Origin: Chrysiogenales bacterium
GTDB lineage: Bacteria > Acidobacteriota > Aminicenantia > UBA2199
Assembly (NCBI GenBank): GCA_963700535.1
Contig: CAVOXU010000002.1
Location: forward strand, 18,063-82,062
Direction: 5' to 3'
Length of the DNA stretch: 64,000 nt
In this document: one piece after another, positions 27,071-37,680 of the stretch
Layout: each line of letters starts with the position of its first letter
Numbering within the stretch: the first letter of the stretch is position 1
Program-made: the position numbers and the translations under genes
The notes under the pieces: model-generated
Databases searched by the model: none
Seen by the model: the letters and a program-made list of their open reading frames with translations, nothing else
What the model was told of the DNA's origin: nothing

Positions 27071-27967
27071 ATGAGGGTAAAAATGATAAGAAAAACAATT
27101 CCAGTCTTGGCCGCGGTCCTGTTGGCGGCGATTTTTTTGTTTGACGGTTGCAAGAAAGCGGCTGTGGAAACCTATACGGTGACGGTTACGGTATCCGTCG
27201 GTGTTTCCGGGACACCGCTTGCCGGAACATATTATTTGGATGCAGGCAATCAATTGACATACAGCTACAAACTTGATGAAGGGTATGCAAAATTGACAGT
27301 GCTCCTGGATGGCAAGGAAGTCGAGGCCAGCGGGACGATCACCGTATCCGGCGATCACACCTTGCGGGCATATTCGGACTCTAACACCGAATTCACCCTG
27401 ACCGTTATCAGGGGAACCGGAGTTAACGGAACTCCGGAGACGGGAACCTATACCTACCCGCAGGGCACTCTGGTCGATTACAGCTATGTTCTTGCCGAAG
27501 GCTACTCCTACCTGCTCGTGAAACTGGATGGAGTCGATGTCGAGAGCCATGGCACCATCACGATGTCGGAAGATTACAGCTTGAACGCCAGTGCTGTGGC
27601 AACAGACAATATCCAGGGCTCCTGGTCACTTTTCGAGTCCTATAACGATAACAGTTCATTCAATGTCACGCTTGTCTTCGTTGGTACCCATAAAAGCGGC
27701 ACCGTGACCGACAGTGACGGCGGCAGTGGGACCTATACTTTCAATGAAGGCATGGACGACGAAGTTGTCTTCAACCTGGCATTTCCCGACGTCACCTATG
27801 AATATACGGGGACTTTTTCTGATGCCAACACCATGAGCGGGACCTGTAAACGCTACCGGACATCCGATAACGTTATCAGCGGCACCTGGAGCGCGACTCG
27901 AATCACTGCGGCGGCCGCTGCCAGTTCATCGTCCCTGGCAACCAATCCGCGCCGACGTCGTTTTTAG
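27071..27967 (+). CDS. Lipoprotein with two tandem beta-rich repeats of about 70 aa plus a C-terminal domain, hypothetical
   Basis: Lipobox IFLFDGC. Internal repeat: YTVTVTVSVGVSGTPLAGTYYL..YSYKLDEGYAKLTVLLDGKEVEASGTITVSGDHTLRAYS versus FTLTVIRGTGVNGTPETGTYTY..YSYVLAEGYSYLLVKLDGVDVESHGTITMSEDYSLNAS. Confidence 0.6.
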   Translation: MRVKMIRKTIPVLAAVLLAAIFLFDGCKKAAVETYTVTVTVSVGVSGTPLAGTYYLDAGNQLTYSYKLDEGYAKLTVLLDGKEVEASGTITVSGDHTLRAYSDSNTEFTLTVIRGTGVNGTPETGTYTYPQGTLVDYSYVLAEGYSYLLVKLDGVDVESHGTITMSEDYSLNASAVATDNIQGSWSLFESYNDNSSFNVTLVFVGTHKSGTVTDSDGGSGTYTFNEGMDDEVVFNLAFPDVTYEYTGTFSDANTMSGTCKRYRTSDNVISGTWSATRITAAAAASSSSLATNPRRRRF

Positions 27968-28032
27968 GTTGCACTCGACGAAATTCGCAAGATCATTTTT
28001 TCCGGTTCATAGGCTGCGTTAAAAAAAGCGAA

Positions 28033-28950
28033 TCAGTTGCCTGGCTCGCTTTCGGGAATGACCAGGTAAGGCTTGAAGCTCAGGGATTGCGCTTCCTTCC
28101 GGGCGATGGCCAGCAGCTTGCCCTCGTCGTCGAAGATGCGGAAATATGCCGTGCTCGGGGCCGGGAATATCTTAAGGACATCCGCTGCTTTCAGGGCCAT
28201 GCCGTTGCAGATGCAGCGCCGGCCGGTCTGGTTGACGATCATTTTGGGATATTCATCCAGGAGTGATTCGATGGGGATGACCGCCTGCAGACCGCTCCCG
28301 GCTTCCGCCAGGGTTGCGATCTCGGCCAGGGTCTTTGCCTGTTCCAGGCTGAAAGAACCGATCTTTTCCCTTTTCAATTCCAACAGATATGCTCCGACGC
28401 CGACTTTCTGGCCGAGATCGTGGGCCAGGGAGCGGATGTATGTTCCCGACGATGTCAAGGCCCTGAATTCCAGGGTATCATGGTCGATCACCCGCCCGGT
28501 CAACTCGTGGATGCTGACTTCAACCGGATTAATGGGGACCTCCTGCTGACGGCGGGCATACGTATACAGCGGCTTGCCCTTGAATTTCTTTGCGGAAAAT
28601 GCCGGTGGCATTTGCATTTGTCTGCCCCGGAATCCGGCCAGCAGGGTTTCCAGGTTGATTTGTTGAAGGTCGATGTCCTGCTTGGCTTTCTGGGGCTTGC
28701 CTTCGGAATCATAAGTGCTGGTGGCAAACCCGAAACGGATGAGGCCGGAATACAATTTGTTCTGTTTGACATAAAAATCGAAAAAACGGGTGGCATGGCC
28801 CAGGGCTATGAGCAGCAGGCCGGTGGCGGTGGGATCGAGGGTGCCGAAATGGCCCGCTTTACTGGTTTTGAAGATCCGGCGGATGCTGGCAACCAGCGCA
28901 TGGGAACTGACGCCCTTTTCCTTGTTGACAGCTATCAGGCCATGGATCAT
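28033..28950 (-). CDS. truB: tRNA pseudouridine(55) synthase
   Basis: ..GLIAVNKEKGVSSH...AGHFGTLDPTATGLL.. (catalytic Asp motif) and a C-terminal PUA-like region. Confidence 0.95.
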   Translation of the reverse strand: MIHGLIAVNKEKGVSSHALVASIRRIFKTSKAGHFGTLDPTATGLLLIALGHATRFFDFYVKQNKLYSGLIRFGFATSTYDSEGKPQKAKQDIDLQQINLETLLAGFRGRQMQMPPAFSAKKFKGKPLYTYARRQQEVPINPVEVSIHELTGRVIDHDTLEFRALTSSGTYIRSLAHDLGQKVGVGAYLLELKREKIGSFSLEQAKTLAEIATLAEAGSGLQAVIPIESLLDEYPKMIVNQTGRRCICNGMALKAADVLKIFPAPSTAYFRIFDDEGKLLAIARKEAQSLSFKPYLVIPESEPGN

Positions 28951-29897
28951 TGGAATTGGTCAGCGACCAGCCTCAGGATCTCCTTTTTGGCGGCAGCCAG
29001 GTCGCCGCTGAAAAAGAAACCGGCTGCGTGATAATGGCCGCCGCCGTGGAAGGTCTGGGCGACCCGGCGGGCCGAAAAGTTGTCTCGGGAACGGATAGAG
29101 ACGCGGAAGTAATTATCGGCGATCTCCTTGAAGAACAGCAGTACCTGCACGCCGTCGATGGAGCGGGCGATGGCGATAATGTCTTCGGTTTCAATGTCTT
29201 TCAGCCTGAGCTGGCTTAAGAAATCCCGCTGGAAATGGATCATGGCCACACGTTCACCAATGGCCATTTCCAGGGTGGACAAAACCCGGGTCAGCATGCG
29301 GATCTTTTCCTGAGGGTTGGAGTTGAACAACAGGTTGCTGACTTCGAAAGGTTTGAAGCCGCCGCGGATGGTAAGATCGGCGGCGATGGCCAGTGAAGCC
29401 GGCGTGGTATTGGAATATTTGAACGAACCGGTGTCGGAGGCGATGGCCGCATAAAGGTTGAAGGCGATGTCGCGGCTGAAATCCACGGCCAGTTCCAATC
29501 CCAGTTCATAGACCAGTTCTCCGACCGCCGCGGCATCGGGGACCACCCAATTGATATCGGCGTCGTCGCTCGAGCTGGCATGATGGTCGATGTTGATGCA
29601 AAAATAATCCTTTAAATTTTTCTGGCCGGTCCTCTCCTCATTGCCGCCCTCGATCAGAATGACCAGTTCGAAGGTTTGCGGATAAATCTGACCGCTGCGG
29701 ATATGCTCATAGCCGGGCAAACGGCTGATGGGATAGGGGGCGGGATCGGTATTGAAAAAAGCCGGGGTTTTGCCCATTTGCCTGAGCATGAGAAACAGGG
29801 CCAAACCGCTGCCGATTGAATCTGCGTCGGGGCGGACATGCGAACTAATGGCTATATTTTTGGCTTGCCTGATCTTCTCAGCTACGCGTACTTTCAT
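28947..29897 (-). CDS. nrnA: DHH/DHHA1 phosphoesterase (NrnA-type oligoribonuclease/pAp phosphatase)
   Basis: ..ISSHVRPDADSIGS.., DHH motif INIDHHASS, and DHHA1 GGGHYHAAG. Start chosen at the ATG at 29897 (MKVRVAEK..). The ORF-track extension to 29960 overlaps rbfA. Confidence 0.85.
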   Translation of the reverse strand: MKVRVAEKIRQAKNIAISSHVRPDADSIGSGLALFLMLRQMGKTPAFFNTDPAPYPISRLPGYEHIRSGQIYPQTFELVILIEGGNEERTGQKNLKDYFCINIDHHASSSDDADINWVVPDAAAVGELVYELGLELAVDFSRDIAFNLYAAIASDTGSFKYSNTTPASLAIAADLTIRGGFKPFEVSNLLFNSNPQEKIRMLTRVLSTLEMAIGERVAMIHFQRDFLSQLRLKDIETEDIIAIARSIDGVQVLLFFKEIADNYFRVSIRSRDNFSARRVAQTFHGGGHYHAAGFFFSGDLAAAKKEILRLVADQFQ

Positions 29898-30225
29898 GAT
29901 CCCCTTCTTTTTGCAGGCGGGAAATTTGCTGCTCGAGTTCCTGGGCCGAATCCTTGACAAATTCCAGTTCGGGCATGTGGCGCAGGATCATTTTCCGGTC
30001 AAGCTGCCGTTTTATGAAGCCCCGGGAGCGGTTGAGCTGCTGCAGCACATGATCCTCTTTGCCTGATGGGCAGGAAATGGCAACGGTTGCCTTTTTCAGG
30101 TCGCGGCCGAGCTGGACCCTCAGGATGGTGACAAGCTTGAAATCCGGATTCAAACTGTCCCTGGTGAGAATCCCTGCCAAGGCTTGCTGCAGCGTGCTGG
30201 TGAATTTTTCCAGGCGAAAGGGCAT
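29878..30225 (-). CDS. rbfA: Ribosome-binding factor A
   Basis: 115 aa: ..RLEKFTSTLQQALAGIL...VTILRVQLGRDLKKATV. Canonical position between infB and truB. Confidence 0.9.
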   Translation of the reverse strand: MPFRLEKFTSTLQQALAGILTRDSLNPDFKLVTILRVQLGRDLKKATVAISCPSGKEDHVLQQLNRSRGFIKRQLDRKMILRHMPELEFVKDSAQELEQQISRLQKEGDHESTRS

Positions 30226-30226
30226 T

Positions 30227-30508
30227 TTAAAAATACTGAATATTTATTTTACTGATCTGCAGAGCGTAGTTCAGGAAAATGAAATCTTCGATCTGCTTGA
30301 ATGTATTTTCCAGGATAGACCGGTTCGCTCCCAGGGAAACGACTGACAGCTGGGCTTGCTGCCACAGGTCCTGAAAATCGCTTTCCATCACGGCGATGTT
30401 GAATTTATGTTTCAAACGCTCCTTCAGGCTGGAAAGCAGCCGCCTTTTCTCTTTCAGACTGTGAAATTGCTCGCTGAACAAATCAATCTCCAGCAGGCCG
30501 ATCATCAT
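30227..30508 (-). CDS. DUF503 (YlxP-like) protein
   Basis: 93 aa: [43 protein letters not shown].. Typical infB-downstream gene, with a 4-nt overlap with infB. Confidence 0.8.
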   Translation of the reverse strand: MMIGLLEIDLFSEQFHSLKEKRRLLSSLKERLKHKFNIAVMESDFQDLWQQAQLSVVSLGANRSILENTFKQIEDFIFLNYALQISKINIQYF

Positions 30509-33090
30509 GGGATGATGGACGTTTCATAAATTTCCAGGATATCTCCTGGTTCAATGTTGCTGAAATTTTTTATGCGGATGCCGCACTCGGTCCCGGCCCG
30601 AACCTCGGAAACTTCATCCTTGATGCGTTTCAGGGATTCGATCTCGCCTGCGAAGACCAGGTCGCTTTCGCGCATGATCTTGAGCTTGGATTTGCGGGTG
30701 ACCTTGCCCTCGCGGACCACGCATCCGGCTACGATTCCCACCTTGGAAATCTTGAATTTCTGCAGGATCTCCACCTTGCCGATCAGGCTTTCCTGGTATT
30801 GCGGGCCGATCTTGCCTTTGACGGCCTTTTCAATTTCTTCGACCAGGTGGTAGATAACGCTGTATAGCCTGATTTCCACTTTTTCCATCTTGGCCATAGA
30901 GAGAATCTTTTGCGGCGCCTTGACGTTAAAACCGAGAATGACCGCGCCGGCCGTCGAAGCCAGCAGGATATCGCCTTCGGTGATATTGCCGAGGCCGCTG
31001 TGCATGATTTCAATTTTCAATTTTTCCTGGCTGAGACGGTCGAGGATCTGTCCCAGAACTTCCGCACTGCCGAAGTTGTCGGCTTTGACGATCACCGGAA
31101 AAGTCTGGATCTTCTCCAGTTCGACCATCTGGAAAAGGTTTTGCAGGCTCAGTTTCTTTTCGACCAGAAAGTCCTTGTTTTGGGAAGCTTTCTGATTGAT
31201 CTGGCGCATCTCAATGATCTTTTTCGCTTTATCCAGGTCATCGACGATCTGGAATATGTCACCGGCCTGGGGCACGGCCGCAAAACCCATGATCTCGATC
31301 GGATCGGGAACCTGGGCTGAATTAAGCATGTTGCCGTTGTCATCGTAGATCGATTTGATCTTGCCCAGGGAATGGCCGCATATGAAATAATCCCCTTTTT
31401 TCAGCTGACCATGCTGGATCAGCACCGTGCCGATCGGTCCCAGCTGGGGGTCGAGCCGAGATTCGATAATGGTGCCACGGGCCGGGATATGGGGGAAGGC
31501 CTGCAGTTCCTGAATCTGGGCAGTGAGCTGGATCATTTCCAGCAAAGTGTCAAGGTTAATATTGTTTTTGGCCGATATTTCAACGGAAACCACTTTGCCG
31601 CCCCAGCTTTCTACAAGAATGTTATTCTTGTTCAGGTCCTGCTTGATCTTTTCTATGTCGGCTCCCTGGATGTCTATCTTGTTGATGGCTACGATCATCG
31701 GCACCCCGGCGGCCTGGGCGTGGTGAATGGCCTCAACGGTTTGCGGCTGCACGCCGTCGTTGGCGGCCACGACCAGGATGACCAGATCGGTGACCTTGGC
31801 GCCCCGGGCCCGCAGATTGGTGAATGCTTCGTGCCCCGGTGTGTCGACAAAGACAATAGTTCCCTCAGGCGTGCGCAGTTTGTAAGCACCGATCTTCTGG
31901 GTGATGCCACCGGCTTCCTTTTCGGCCACGCGCGTCTTGCGCAGTGTGTCCAGCAGTGTGGTTTTACCGTGGTCCACATGGCCCATGACGGTGACCACCG
32001 GAGGCCGCGGGGTCAATTTTGCGCCGCTCCTGGCCACCTGGGCCTGGAAGACGAAATCCTCGTAAGGGAGGATCTCGAGGGCCACTCCGAAATCGGCGCA
32101 TAATTTTTCTATGTCAGCGCTTTCCATGATCTGGTTGCCCATGTAGTTCATTTTCATCTGGGCTATTTTATCTTCCAGGAGCTTCAATTTAATGGTCAGT
32201 TTTTCTGCCAATTCCTTGACCGTGCAGAAATCGGTGATCTGGATCTTGGCCGGCAGGGACAGGGGCTCTACGATTATTTCCTTTTTGGGCGCTGGAGCCG
32301 GCCGCGGTTCGGAACGGCGCTGGGATTGCTGGTAGGGTGGTCTTCTGCCATGCTGCGCTGCCGGCCTGAAAATCCTTTGTGGTCCCGGTTGGGGCCTGGG
32401 CGCGGCGGGTGGGGAGGGCCTGGGTGGCGGAGCGGCGGCTGGCTTGGACGTTGCCGGGGGCTCAACCGCCGGCGTTGCCGGCCTGGATGGCGGAGCGGCG
32501 CTGGGCTTGACCACTGTCGGGGTCGAAGCCGCGTGGGCGGCGGCAGGCGCCGCAGCGGGCTTGGATGCTGAGGGCGCGGTCGGTTTGTCCGCAGGTGACG
32601 CGACTTGTTTTTCAGGGACAGTTTTCTTGCCTGCTGAAGGCAGCTTGCCCCCTGTGGGGGACGTGTCGCCTTTAGGTGGTGAAGCGGCCGCTGTTTTTTC
32701 GACCGCCTGCTTTTTCGCAGTCATTTTTTCGGGAAATTGTTTTTCAGCCGGTTTTTTGGCGCTTTCCTTTTTACCCGGCACCGGCTTCTTGTCGGCCGCT
32801 TTCTTTTTTTCCGCGGTCTCTTTGCCAGCCTCAGTAGGGGACGTGTCCTTTTTAGGCGCTGGTGCCGTAGACGCCTTTTTGCCGGTTCTGCCTTTGGCGA
32901 GTTCGGCTTCCAGAGCGCTGATCTTTTTGGGACTGGCGCTCAATTCACGCAGCAATTCCAGTTGATCGACCGTTATGACCGAGGAGTGCGACTTGACCGG
33001 CAGATTGATCTTTTCCAGAAAGTGCATGGCCAGTTTATTAGAGATCTTGAATTGCTTGGTGGCTTCATGAAGCTTGATTGTCGTAGACAT
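30505..33090 (-). CDS. infB: Translation initiation factor IF-2
   Basis: 861 aa with a Pro/Ala-rich N-terminal region. G domain [29 protein letters not shown], plus C-terminal beta-barrel domains. Confidence 0.97.
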   Translation of the reverse strand: MSTTIKLHEATKQFKISNKLAMHFLEKINLPVKSHSSVITVDQLELLRELSASPKKISALEAELAKGRTGKKASTAPAPKKDTSPTEAGKETAEKKKAADKKPVPGKKESAKKPAEKQFPEKMTAKKQAVEKTAAASPPKGDTSPTGGKLPSAGKKTVPEKQVASPADKPTAPSASKPAAAPAAAHAASTPTVVKPSAAPPSRPATPAVEPPATSKPAAAPPPRPSPPAAPRPQPGPQRIFRPAAQHGRRPPYQQSQRRSEPRPAPAPKKEIIVEPLSLPAKIQITDFCTVKELAEKLTIKLKLLEDKIAQMKMNYMGNQIMESADIEKLCADFGVALEILPYEDFVFQAQVARSGAKLTPRPPVVTVMGHVDHGKTTLLDTLRKTRVAEKEAGGITQKIGAYKLRTPEGTIVFVDTPGHEAFTNLRARGAKVTDLVILVVAANDGVQPQTVEAIHHAQAAGVPMIVAINKIDIQGADIEKIKQDLNKNNILVESWGGKVVSVEISAKNNINLDTLLEMIQLTAQIQELQAFPHIPARGTIIESRLDPQLGPIGTVLIQHGQLKKGDYFICGHSLGKIKSIYDDNGNMLNSAQVPDPIEIMGFAAVPQAGDIFQIVDDLDKAKKIIEMRQINQKASQNKDFLVEKKLSLQNLFQMVELEKIQTFPVIVKADNFGSAEVLGQILDRLSQEKLKIEIMHSGLGNITEGDILLASTAGAVILGFNVKAPQKILSMAKMEKVEIRLYSVIYHLVEEIEKAVKGKIGPQYQESLIGKVEILQKFKISKVGIVAGCVVREGKVTRKSKLKIMRESDLVFAGEIESLKRIKDEVSEVRAGTECGIRIKNFSNIEPGDILEIYETSIIP

Positions 33091-33102
33091 ATTCTCGCCC
33101 TC

Positions 33103-34164
33103 CTATTGTTTGGTTTGCTTTTCTTCGCTGTGTTCGCTTTTGCGGTTGGCGATTTGGATATCCCACTGGGTAAGTTTGGAAGCAAGTTTTATATTGACTC
33201 CCTTTTTGCCGATGGCCGCAGATAGAGTTTCATCCTTGACGGTCACTTCGGCCACGTGGTTGACCGGGTCGACAAGGTGAACGCTTACCACTTCGGCGGG
33301 CGTCAATGCGGAAGCGATAAACCTTTCCGGGACATTGCTCCAGGCGATGACATCGATTCGCTCACCCCGCAGTTCCTTGGTGATGGCCAGCACCCGGTTG
33401 CCGTTCATGCCCACAATGGCCCCCACCGGGTCAATGGCCTTGTCGGTCGAATACACGGCCACTTTGGATTTGATCCCCGGTTCGCGGGAAATGGCGAATA
33501 TCCTGACAATGTTTTCGGAGACTTCCGGCACTTCCTTTTTGATCAGTTCGGCAACGAAATCATTCATGTAACGGGTGGCCAGGACCAGGGGCCCCTTGCC
33601 TTCGGAAAAAACCCTTTTGATCAGGAAATGGATGACCTCGCCGCGCTGGAAATTGTCCTTGGGAGAAAGTTCCTTGGGCGGTAGGATGGCTTCTCCCCAC
33701 TCCAGGCCCAGGATGATGTTGCCGTTTTCTATGCGGCGGATCTCGCCCGACATCAGGGTGCCGGCCAGCTGGAAATACTTTTCGTAGATATTCTCCTGCT
33801 CGGCCTTCAGTATCTTCTGCATGATGATCTGCTTGGCCGATTGGGCGGCTATGCGGCCCAGGGTCTCACTGGGGAGGTGTATTTTGATGACATCGCCTTC
33901 GCGGGCCTTGGAATCGTATTTCAAGGCCTCTTTCCAGTTGATCTCGGCCAGGGGATCGCTGACTTCCTTGACCACCAGCTTGGAGACAAAAACTTCGATA
34001 ATGCCTTTATTTTCGTCTATTTCTATCTGGATGGTGGCGTCGGGATCAAAATACTTCTTGGATACGGTCAGTAAGGCTTCCTTTATGGCAGAAAAAAAGA
34101 TGTCGGGATTGATGCCGCGCTCCCGGCTGATCTGCTTGATGCTTTTCAACAATTCTTCTGCCAT
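33103..34164 (-). CDS. nusA: Transcription termination/antitermination factor NusA (short form, S1 plus 2 KH, no AR repeats)
   Basis: MAEELLKSIKQISRERGI.. N-terminal domain, then an S1 and two KH domains (..IGKKGVNIKLASKLTQWDI..). Confidence 0.95.
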   Translation of the reverse strand: MAEELLKSIKQISRERGINPDIFFSAIKEALLTVSKKYFDPDATIQIEIDENKGIIEVFVSKLVVKEVSDPLAEINWKEALKYDSKAREGDVIKIHLPSETLGRIAAQSAKQIIMQKILKAEQENIYEKYFQLAGTLMSGEIRRIENGNIILGLEWGEAILPPKELSPKDNFQRGEVIHFLIKRVFSEGKGPLVLATRYMNDFVAELIKKEVPEVSENIVRIFAISREPGIKSKVAVYSTDKAIDPVGAIVGMNGNRVLAITKELRGERIDVIAWSNVPERFIASALTPAEVVSVHLVDPVNHVAEVTVKDETLSAAIGKKGVNIKLASKLTQWDIQIANRKSEHSEEKQTKQ

Positions 34165-34199
34165 TGAATTTCCTCAATTTGCTCATATTTTAACGGCTA

Positions 34200-34228
34200 A
34201 TTATAAAGGATTTTTAACCAAAAAGCAA
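34200..34228 (-). promoter_or_regulatory. Sigma70-type promoter candidate for the nusA operon (TTGCTT-17-TATAAT)
   Basis: Minus strand TTGCTTtttggttaaaaatccttTATAAT, about 35 nt upstream of the nusA ATG. Confidence 0.45.
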
Positions 34229-34298
34229 ATTCGCGGCCAGGTTGGGCCAAATCCGCCCGGTTGATGAGGTCGGCCATGATGTTTTTTTATTGTGGGTA

Positions 34299-34327
34299 TT
34301 GACTTTCGGTTGCTTTTAAGGTAAATT
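34299..34327 (+). promoter_or_regulatory. Sigma70-type promoter candidate for HU-tRNA-thrS (TTGACT-17-TAAATT)
   Basis: TTGACTttcggttgcttttaaggTAAATT, 28 nt upstream of the HU ATG (AGGAGG RBS). Confidence 0.45.
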
Positions 34328-34355
34328 CACCTTTGTCAATCAGGAGGAATTAAAA

Positions 34356-34631
34356 ATGAATAAGAATGAAATCGCCCAGCTGATGGTAAAAGATTCCAGT
34401 ATTATCAAGAGCAATGCGCTGAAGGTCATCGATACACTGGTTACGGTGGTTGGTGATGTGCTGAAAAAGAAGCAGGGCAAAGTAACATTGGTCGGCTTTG
34501 GAACCTTCAAGGTGATCGAGAAAAAAGCCAAGGTGGGCAGAAACCCCAAGACAGGCGCCAAGATCAATATTCCCAAGAAAAAAGTACCCAAATTCGTGGC
34601 CGGCAAAGAACTGAAATCACTGGTCAAGTAA
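34356..34631 (+). CDS. hup: HU-family DNA-binding protein
   Basis: 91 aa: MNKNEIAQLM...VTLVGFGTFKVIEKKAKVGRNPKTGAKINIPKKKVPKFVAGKELK. Confidence 0.9.
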   Translation: MNKNEIAQLMVKDSSIIKSNALKVIDTLVTVVGDVLKKKQGKVTLVGFGTFKVIEKKAKVGRNPKTGAKINIPKKKVPKFVAGKELKSLVK

Positions 34632-34644
34632 GCGGGGAAGATAC

Positions 34645-34718
34645 AGGCGCGTAGCCCAGTTGGTTAGAGCGCTACCTTGACACGGTAGAGGTCGGCGGTT
34701 CGAGCCCGCCCGCGCCTA
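34645..34718 (+). tRNA. tRNA-Val (anticodon GAC)
   Basis: AGGCGCG TA GCCC AGTTGGTTA GAGC G CTACC TTGACAC GGTAG AGGTC GGCGG TTCGAGC CCGCC CGCGCCT A. Full cloverleaf; no CCA is encoded. Confidence 0.9.
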
Positions 34719-34726
34719 TTTTATTC

Positions 34727-36583
34727 ATGGAAAAAGAAAAGGCGATTTTGCTTAAAATAAATGGCGAACTTAGAGAGATAGGAGCGCCTTCAGTTCCCGG
34801 CGACAGCGTGGAGGAGATTTATCCTCGTTCGCCAGAGGCCCTGGATGTCTATCGTCATTCGGGAGCTCACCTGTTGGCCCAGGCCGTGCTCGAATTGTTT
34901 CCCGGAACCCAGTACGGCATAGGTCCGGCCGTGGAAAATGGTTTTTACTATGATTTCCTGACCGACCGGCCCTTCAGCGAAGACGATCTGACGGAAATCT
35001 CAAAGAAGATGGCGCACCTGGTCAAGCAGAATCAGCCGATAGGCAGGGAGATCTGGTCGAAAAACCAGGCCAGGGATTATTTTTTCGAGCGCCGGCAGAT
35101 GCTTAAAGTGGAACTGCTGGAAGAGAAAGTCGGCGGTGATGAGGTCTCGGTTTTTAAACAGGGCGATTTTGTCGATCTGTGCCGCGGTCCCCATCTGCCC
35201 TCGACCGGATTGCTGAAGCATTTCAAGCTGCTCAGTGTGGCCGCCGCTTACTGGAAGGGCGACGAAAAGAGTCATTCCCTGCAGCGGATCTACGGGACGG
35301 TTTTTGCCGATGCCGAGGCCTTGAGCGAGCACCTGCGATTTCTTAAGGAAGCCCGTGAGCGCGATCACCGACTGCTGGGCAAAACCCTGGATCTTTTCTC
35401 GCTTCAGGAAGAAGCTGGTCCGGGGCTGGTATACTGGCATCCGCGCGGGGCGCGCATGCGCCACATAATTGAGTCCTACTGGAAACAACGGCACTATGAA
35501 GGCGGGTACGAACTTCTTTTTACTCCCCATATCGGCCGCGAGTGGCTGTGGCAGACCTCCGGCCATCTGGATTTTTACAAGGACTCTATGTATGCCCCCA
35601 TGGCCATAGATGACCTGAATTACTACCTGAAGCCCATGAATTGTCCATTCCATATCATGGTCTACAAGTCCCGGCAGCGCTCCTACCGCGACCTGCCTCT
35701 GCGCTGGGCCGAACTGGGGACAGTTTACCGCTATGAACGGAGCGGCACGCTGCATGGACTTTTACGAGTACGCGGCTTCACCCAGGACGACGCTCATATC
35801 ATCTGCACCCCCGAGCAGATCGATGAGGAGATCCTGCGCGTGCTCGATTTCTCGATTGATTTGCTCAAATCTTTCGGTTTCAGCGAGTTTAAAATTGAGC
35901 TTGCTGTCCGTGACCCCCGGATCACCGGCAAGTATGCCGGCAGCGATGAAATGTGGGTCCAGGCCGAAGCCTCCCTGGTCAAAGCCTTGACTGTCCGCCA
36001 GCTTCCGTACCAGCGCATGGAGGGCGAGGCTGTTTTTTATGGCCCCAAGATCGACATCAAGATAAAGGATGCCCTGGGCCGCTTCTGGCAATGCACCACC
36101 ATCCAGTTCGATTTCAACATGTCGGCACGTTTCGCCATGAAGTATATCGGCGCCGACGGCGCTGCCCACCAGCCTTACATGGTGCACCGGGCCTTGCTTG
36201 GCTCTCTGGAGCGTTTTTTCGGAGTGCTGATTGAACATTACCGGGGCTTTTTCCCGCTTTGGCTGGCTCCGCTGCAGGCCCTTATCGCTCCGCTCAATGA
36301 CGATTGCCTGCCCTATGCTCGCGGCGTGCTCGAAAAGCTGCGTGGCGGCGGTTTGCGTGTGGAACTCGATGCGCGCGCTGAAGGGGTCAACCGCAAGATC
36401 CGTGACGCTGAAATGCAGAAAATCCCATATATCATCGTACTCGGTGCCCAGGAAGAGAAGGAGGCGAACATTTCTTACCGAATTCATAAAAAAGGAGATC
36501 AAGGCAAGATAAACTTGTCCGAATTCATGCAAAAAATCAAAATTAAAATCGAGGAAAAGAGTTTGAATTATGAGATACAATAA
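34727..36583 (+). CDS. thrS: Threonine--tRNA ligase
   Basis: 618 aa with the editing-domain motif RHSGAHLLAQAV, class II motifs (..FRDLPLRWAELGTVYRYERSG.., ..GFTQDDAHI.., ..GPKID..) and an anticodon-binding C-terminus. The N-terminal TGS region is short. Confidence 0.95.
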   Translation: MEKEKAILLKINGELREIGAPSVPGDSVEEIYPRSPEALDVYRHSGAHLLAQAVLELFPGTQYGIGPAVENGFYYDFLTDRPFSEDDLTEISKKMAHLVKQNQPIGREIWSKNQARDYFFERRQMLKVELLEEKVGGDEVSVFKQGDFVDLCRGPHLPSTGLLKHFKLLSVAAAYWKGDEKSHSLQRIYGTVFADAEALSEHLRFLKEARERDHRLLGKTLDLFSLQEEAGPGLVYWHPRGARMRHIIESYWKQRHYEGGYELLFTPHIGREWLWQTSGHLDFYKDSMYAPMAIDDLNYYLKPMNCPFHIMVYKSRQRSYRDLPLRWAELGTVYRYERSGTLHGLLRVRGFTQDDAHIICTPEQIDEEILRVLDFSIDLLKSFGFSEFKIELAVRDPRITGKYAGSDEMWVQAEASLVKALTVRQLPYQRMEGEAVFYGPKIDIKIKDALGRFWQCTTIQFDFNMSARFAMKYIGADGAAHQPYMVHRALLGSLERFFGVLIEHYRGFFPLWLAPLQALIAPLNDDCLPYARGVLEKLRGGGLRVELDARAEGVNRKIRDAEMQKIPYIIVLGAQEEKEANISYRIHKKGDQGKINLSEFMQKIKIKIEEKSLNYEIQ

Positions 36584-37139
36584 ACCCATCCCTAATAAGA
36601 AAAGGAATCCGCACCGGATCAACGAAGAGATCCCGGCCAAGGAAGTCCGTTTAATCGATGAGGAAAAGACCCAGGTCGGGATAATTCCCATTGCGCAGGC
36701 CCTGGAGATTGCCAGGGAAAAGGATCTGGACCTGGTCGAGATCTCCCCGGAAGCCAAGCCGCCGGTATGCCGCATCCTGGATTACGGGAAATTTCTTTAT
36801 TCACTTCAGAAAAAAGCCCATGAAGCCCAGCGCCATCAACGCAAGGTTCTGGTCAAGGAGATCAAGTTCACGCCGGTAATCGGTGAGCACGACGTTGAAG
36901 TCAAACTGAAAAAGATCAGGGAATTCCTGGCCGAGGGCAACAAGGTCAAGGTGACGGTCTGGCTGAAAGGCCGCCAGAAAAGAAAACCGGAAATGCTCGA
37001 AGTGATGGTCAATCGCATCATGGAAATTTTAAAGGAAATGTCGGAGATCGAATCGCCTCCCAAGCGGGAGGGTTTTTTCTGTCATATCATGATTGGAGCG
37101 AAAAAAGGAGGCAAGGATGCCAAAATTAAAAACCCATAA
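36570..37139 (+). CDS. infC: Translation initiation factor IF-3
   Basis: ..[60 protein letters not shown].. The start is uncertain because IF-3 often uses atypical start codons. The ATG at 36570 overlaps the thrS end by 14 nt. Confidence 0.9.
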   Translation: MRYNKPIPNKKRNPHRINEEIPAKEVRLIDEEKTQVGIIPIAQALEIAREKDLDLVEISPEAKPPVCRILDYGKFLYSLQKKAHEAQRHQRKVLVKEIKFTPVIGEHDVEVKLKKIREFLAEGNKVKVTVWLKGRQKRKPEMLEVMVNRIMEILKEMSEIESPPKREGFFCHIMIGAKKGGKDAKIKNP

Positions 37140-37317
37140 AGGTGCCAGCAAGCGGTTAAAAGTGACCGCTTCTGGGAAAATCAAACGCAGCAAGGCTTTC
37201 GGTTCACATTTACTGACCAAGAAGAGTTCCAAGCGCAAACGCAACCTGAAGCAATCTACACTGGTGGTTAAATCAGAGTTCAAGAAAATGAAAGAACTGC
37301 TGCCGTATTCAAAATAG
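37117..37317 (+). CDS. rpmI: 50S ribosomal protein L35
   Basis: [24 protein letters not shown].. with a GGAGG RBS. The ORF-track TTG at 37093 is probably upstream of the true start. Confidence 0.9.
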   Translation: MPKLKTHKGASKRLKVTASGKIKRSKAFGSHLLTKKSSKRKRNLKQSTLVVKSEFKKMKELLPYSK

Positions 37318-37326
37318 GAGGACATT

Positions 37327-37680
37327 ATGCCGCGAGTTACCAGAGGAAACAAAAAACTTTTACGCCGCAAGAAAATACTGGTCATGGCCAAGGGATTTTG
37401 GGGCGCCAAGCGCAAGAATTATCGTTCGGCCAAGGAATCGGTGGAACGGGCAATGGTCTATGCTTACCGCGACCGGCGCAACCGCAAGCGGGATTTCCGC
37501 ACCCTGTGGAATGTTCGCATCAATGCGGCAATCCGTGAATTTGACATGAGCTACTCGGTGTTCATCTGCAAATTGAAAAAAGCCAATATTCAGTTGAATC
37601 GTAAAATGCTGGCCAACCTGGCTGCCAATGAACCCGAAACGTTCAAATCCATTGTAGAAAAAGCCAAATCAGTGGTATGA
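37327..37680 (+). CDS. rplT: 50S ribosomal protein L20
   Basis: MPRVTRGNKKLLRRKKILVMAKGFWGAKRKNYRSAKESV..RDRRNRKRDFR.LWNVRINAA. Confidence 0.95.
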   Translation: MPRVTRGNKKLLRRKKILVMAKGFWGAKRKNYRSAKESVERAMVYAYRDRRNRKRDFRTLWNVRINAAIREFDMSYSVFICKLKKANIQLNRKMLANLAANEPETFKSIVEKAKSVV

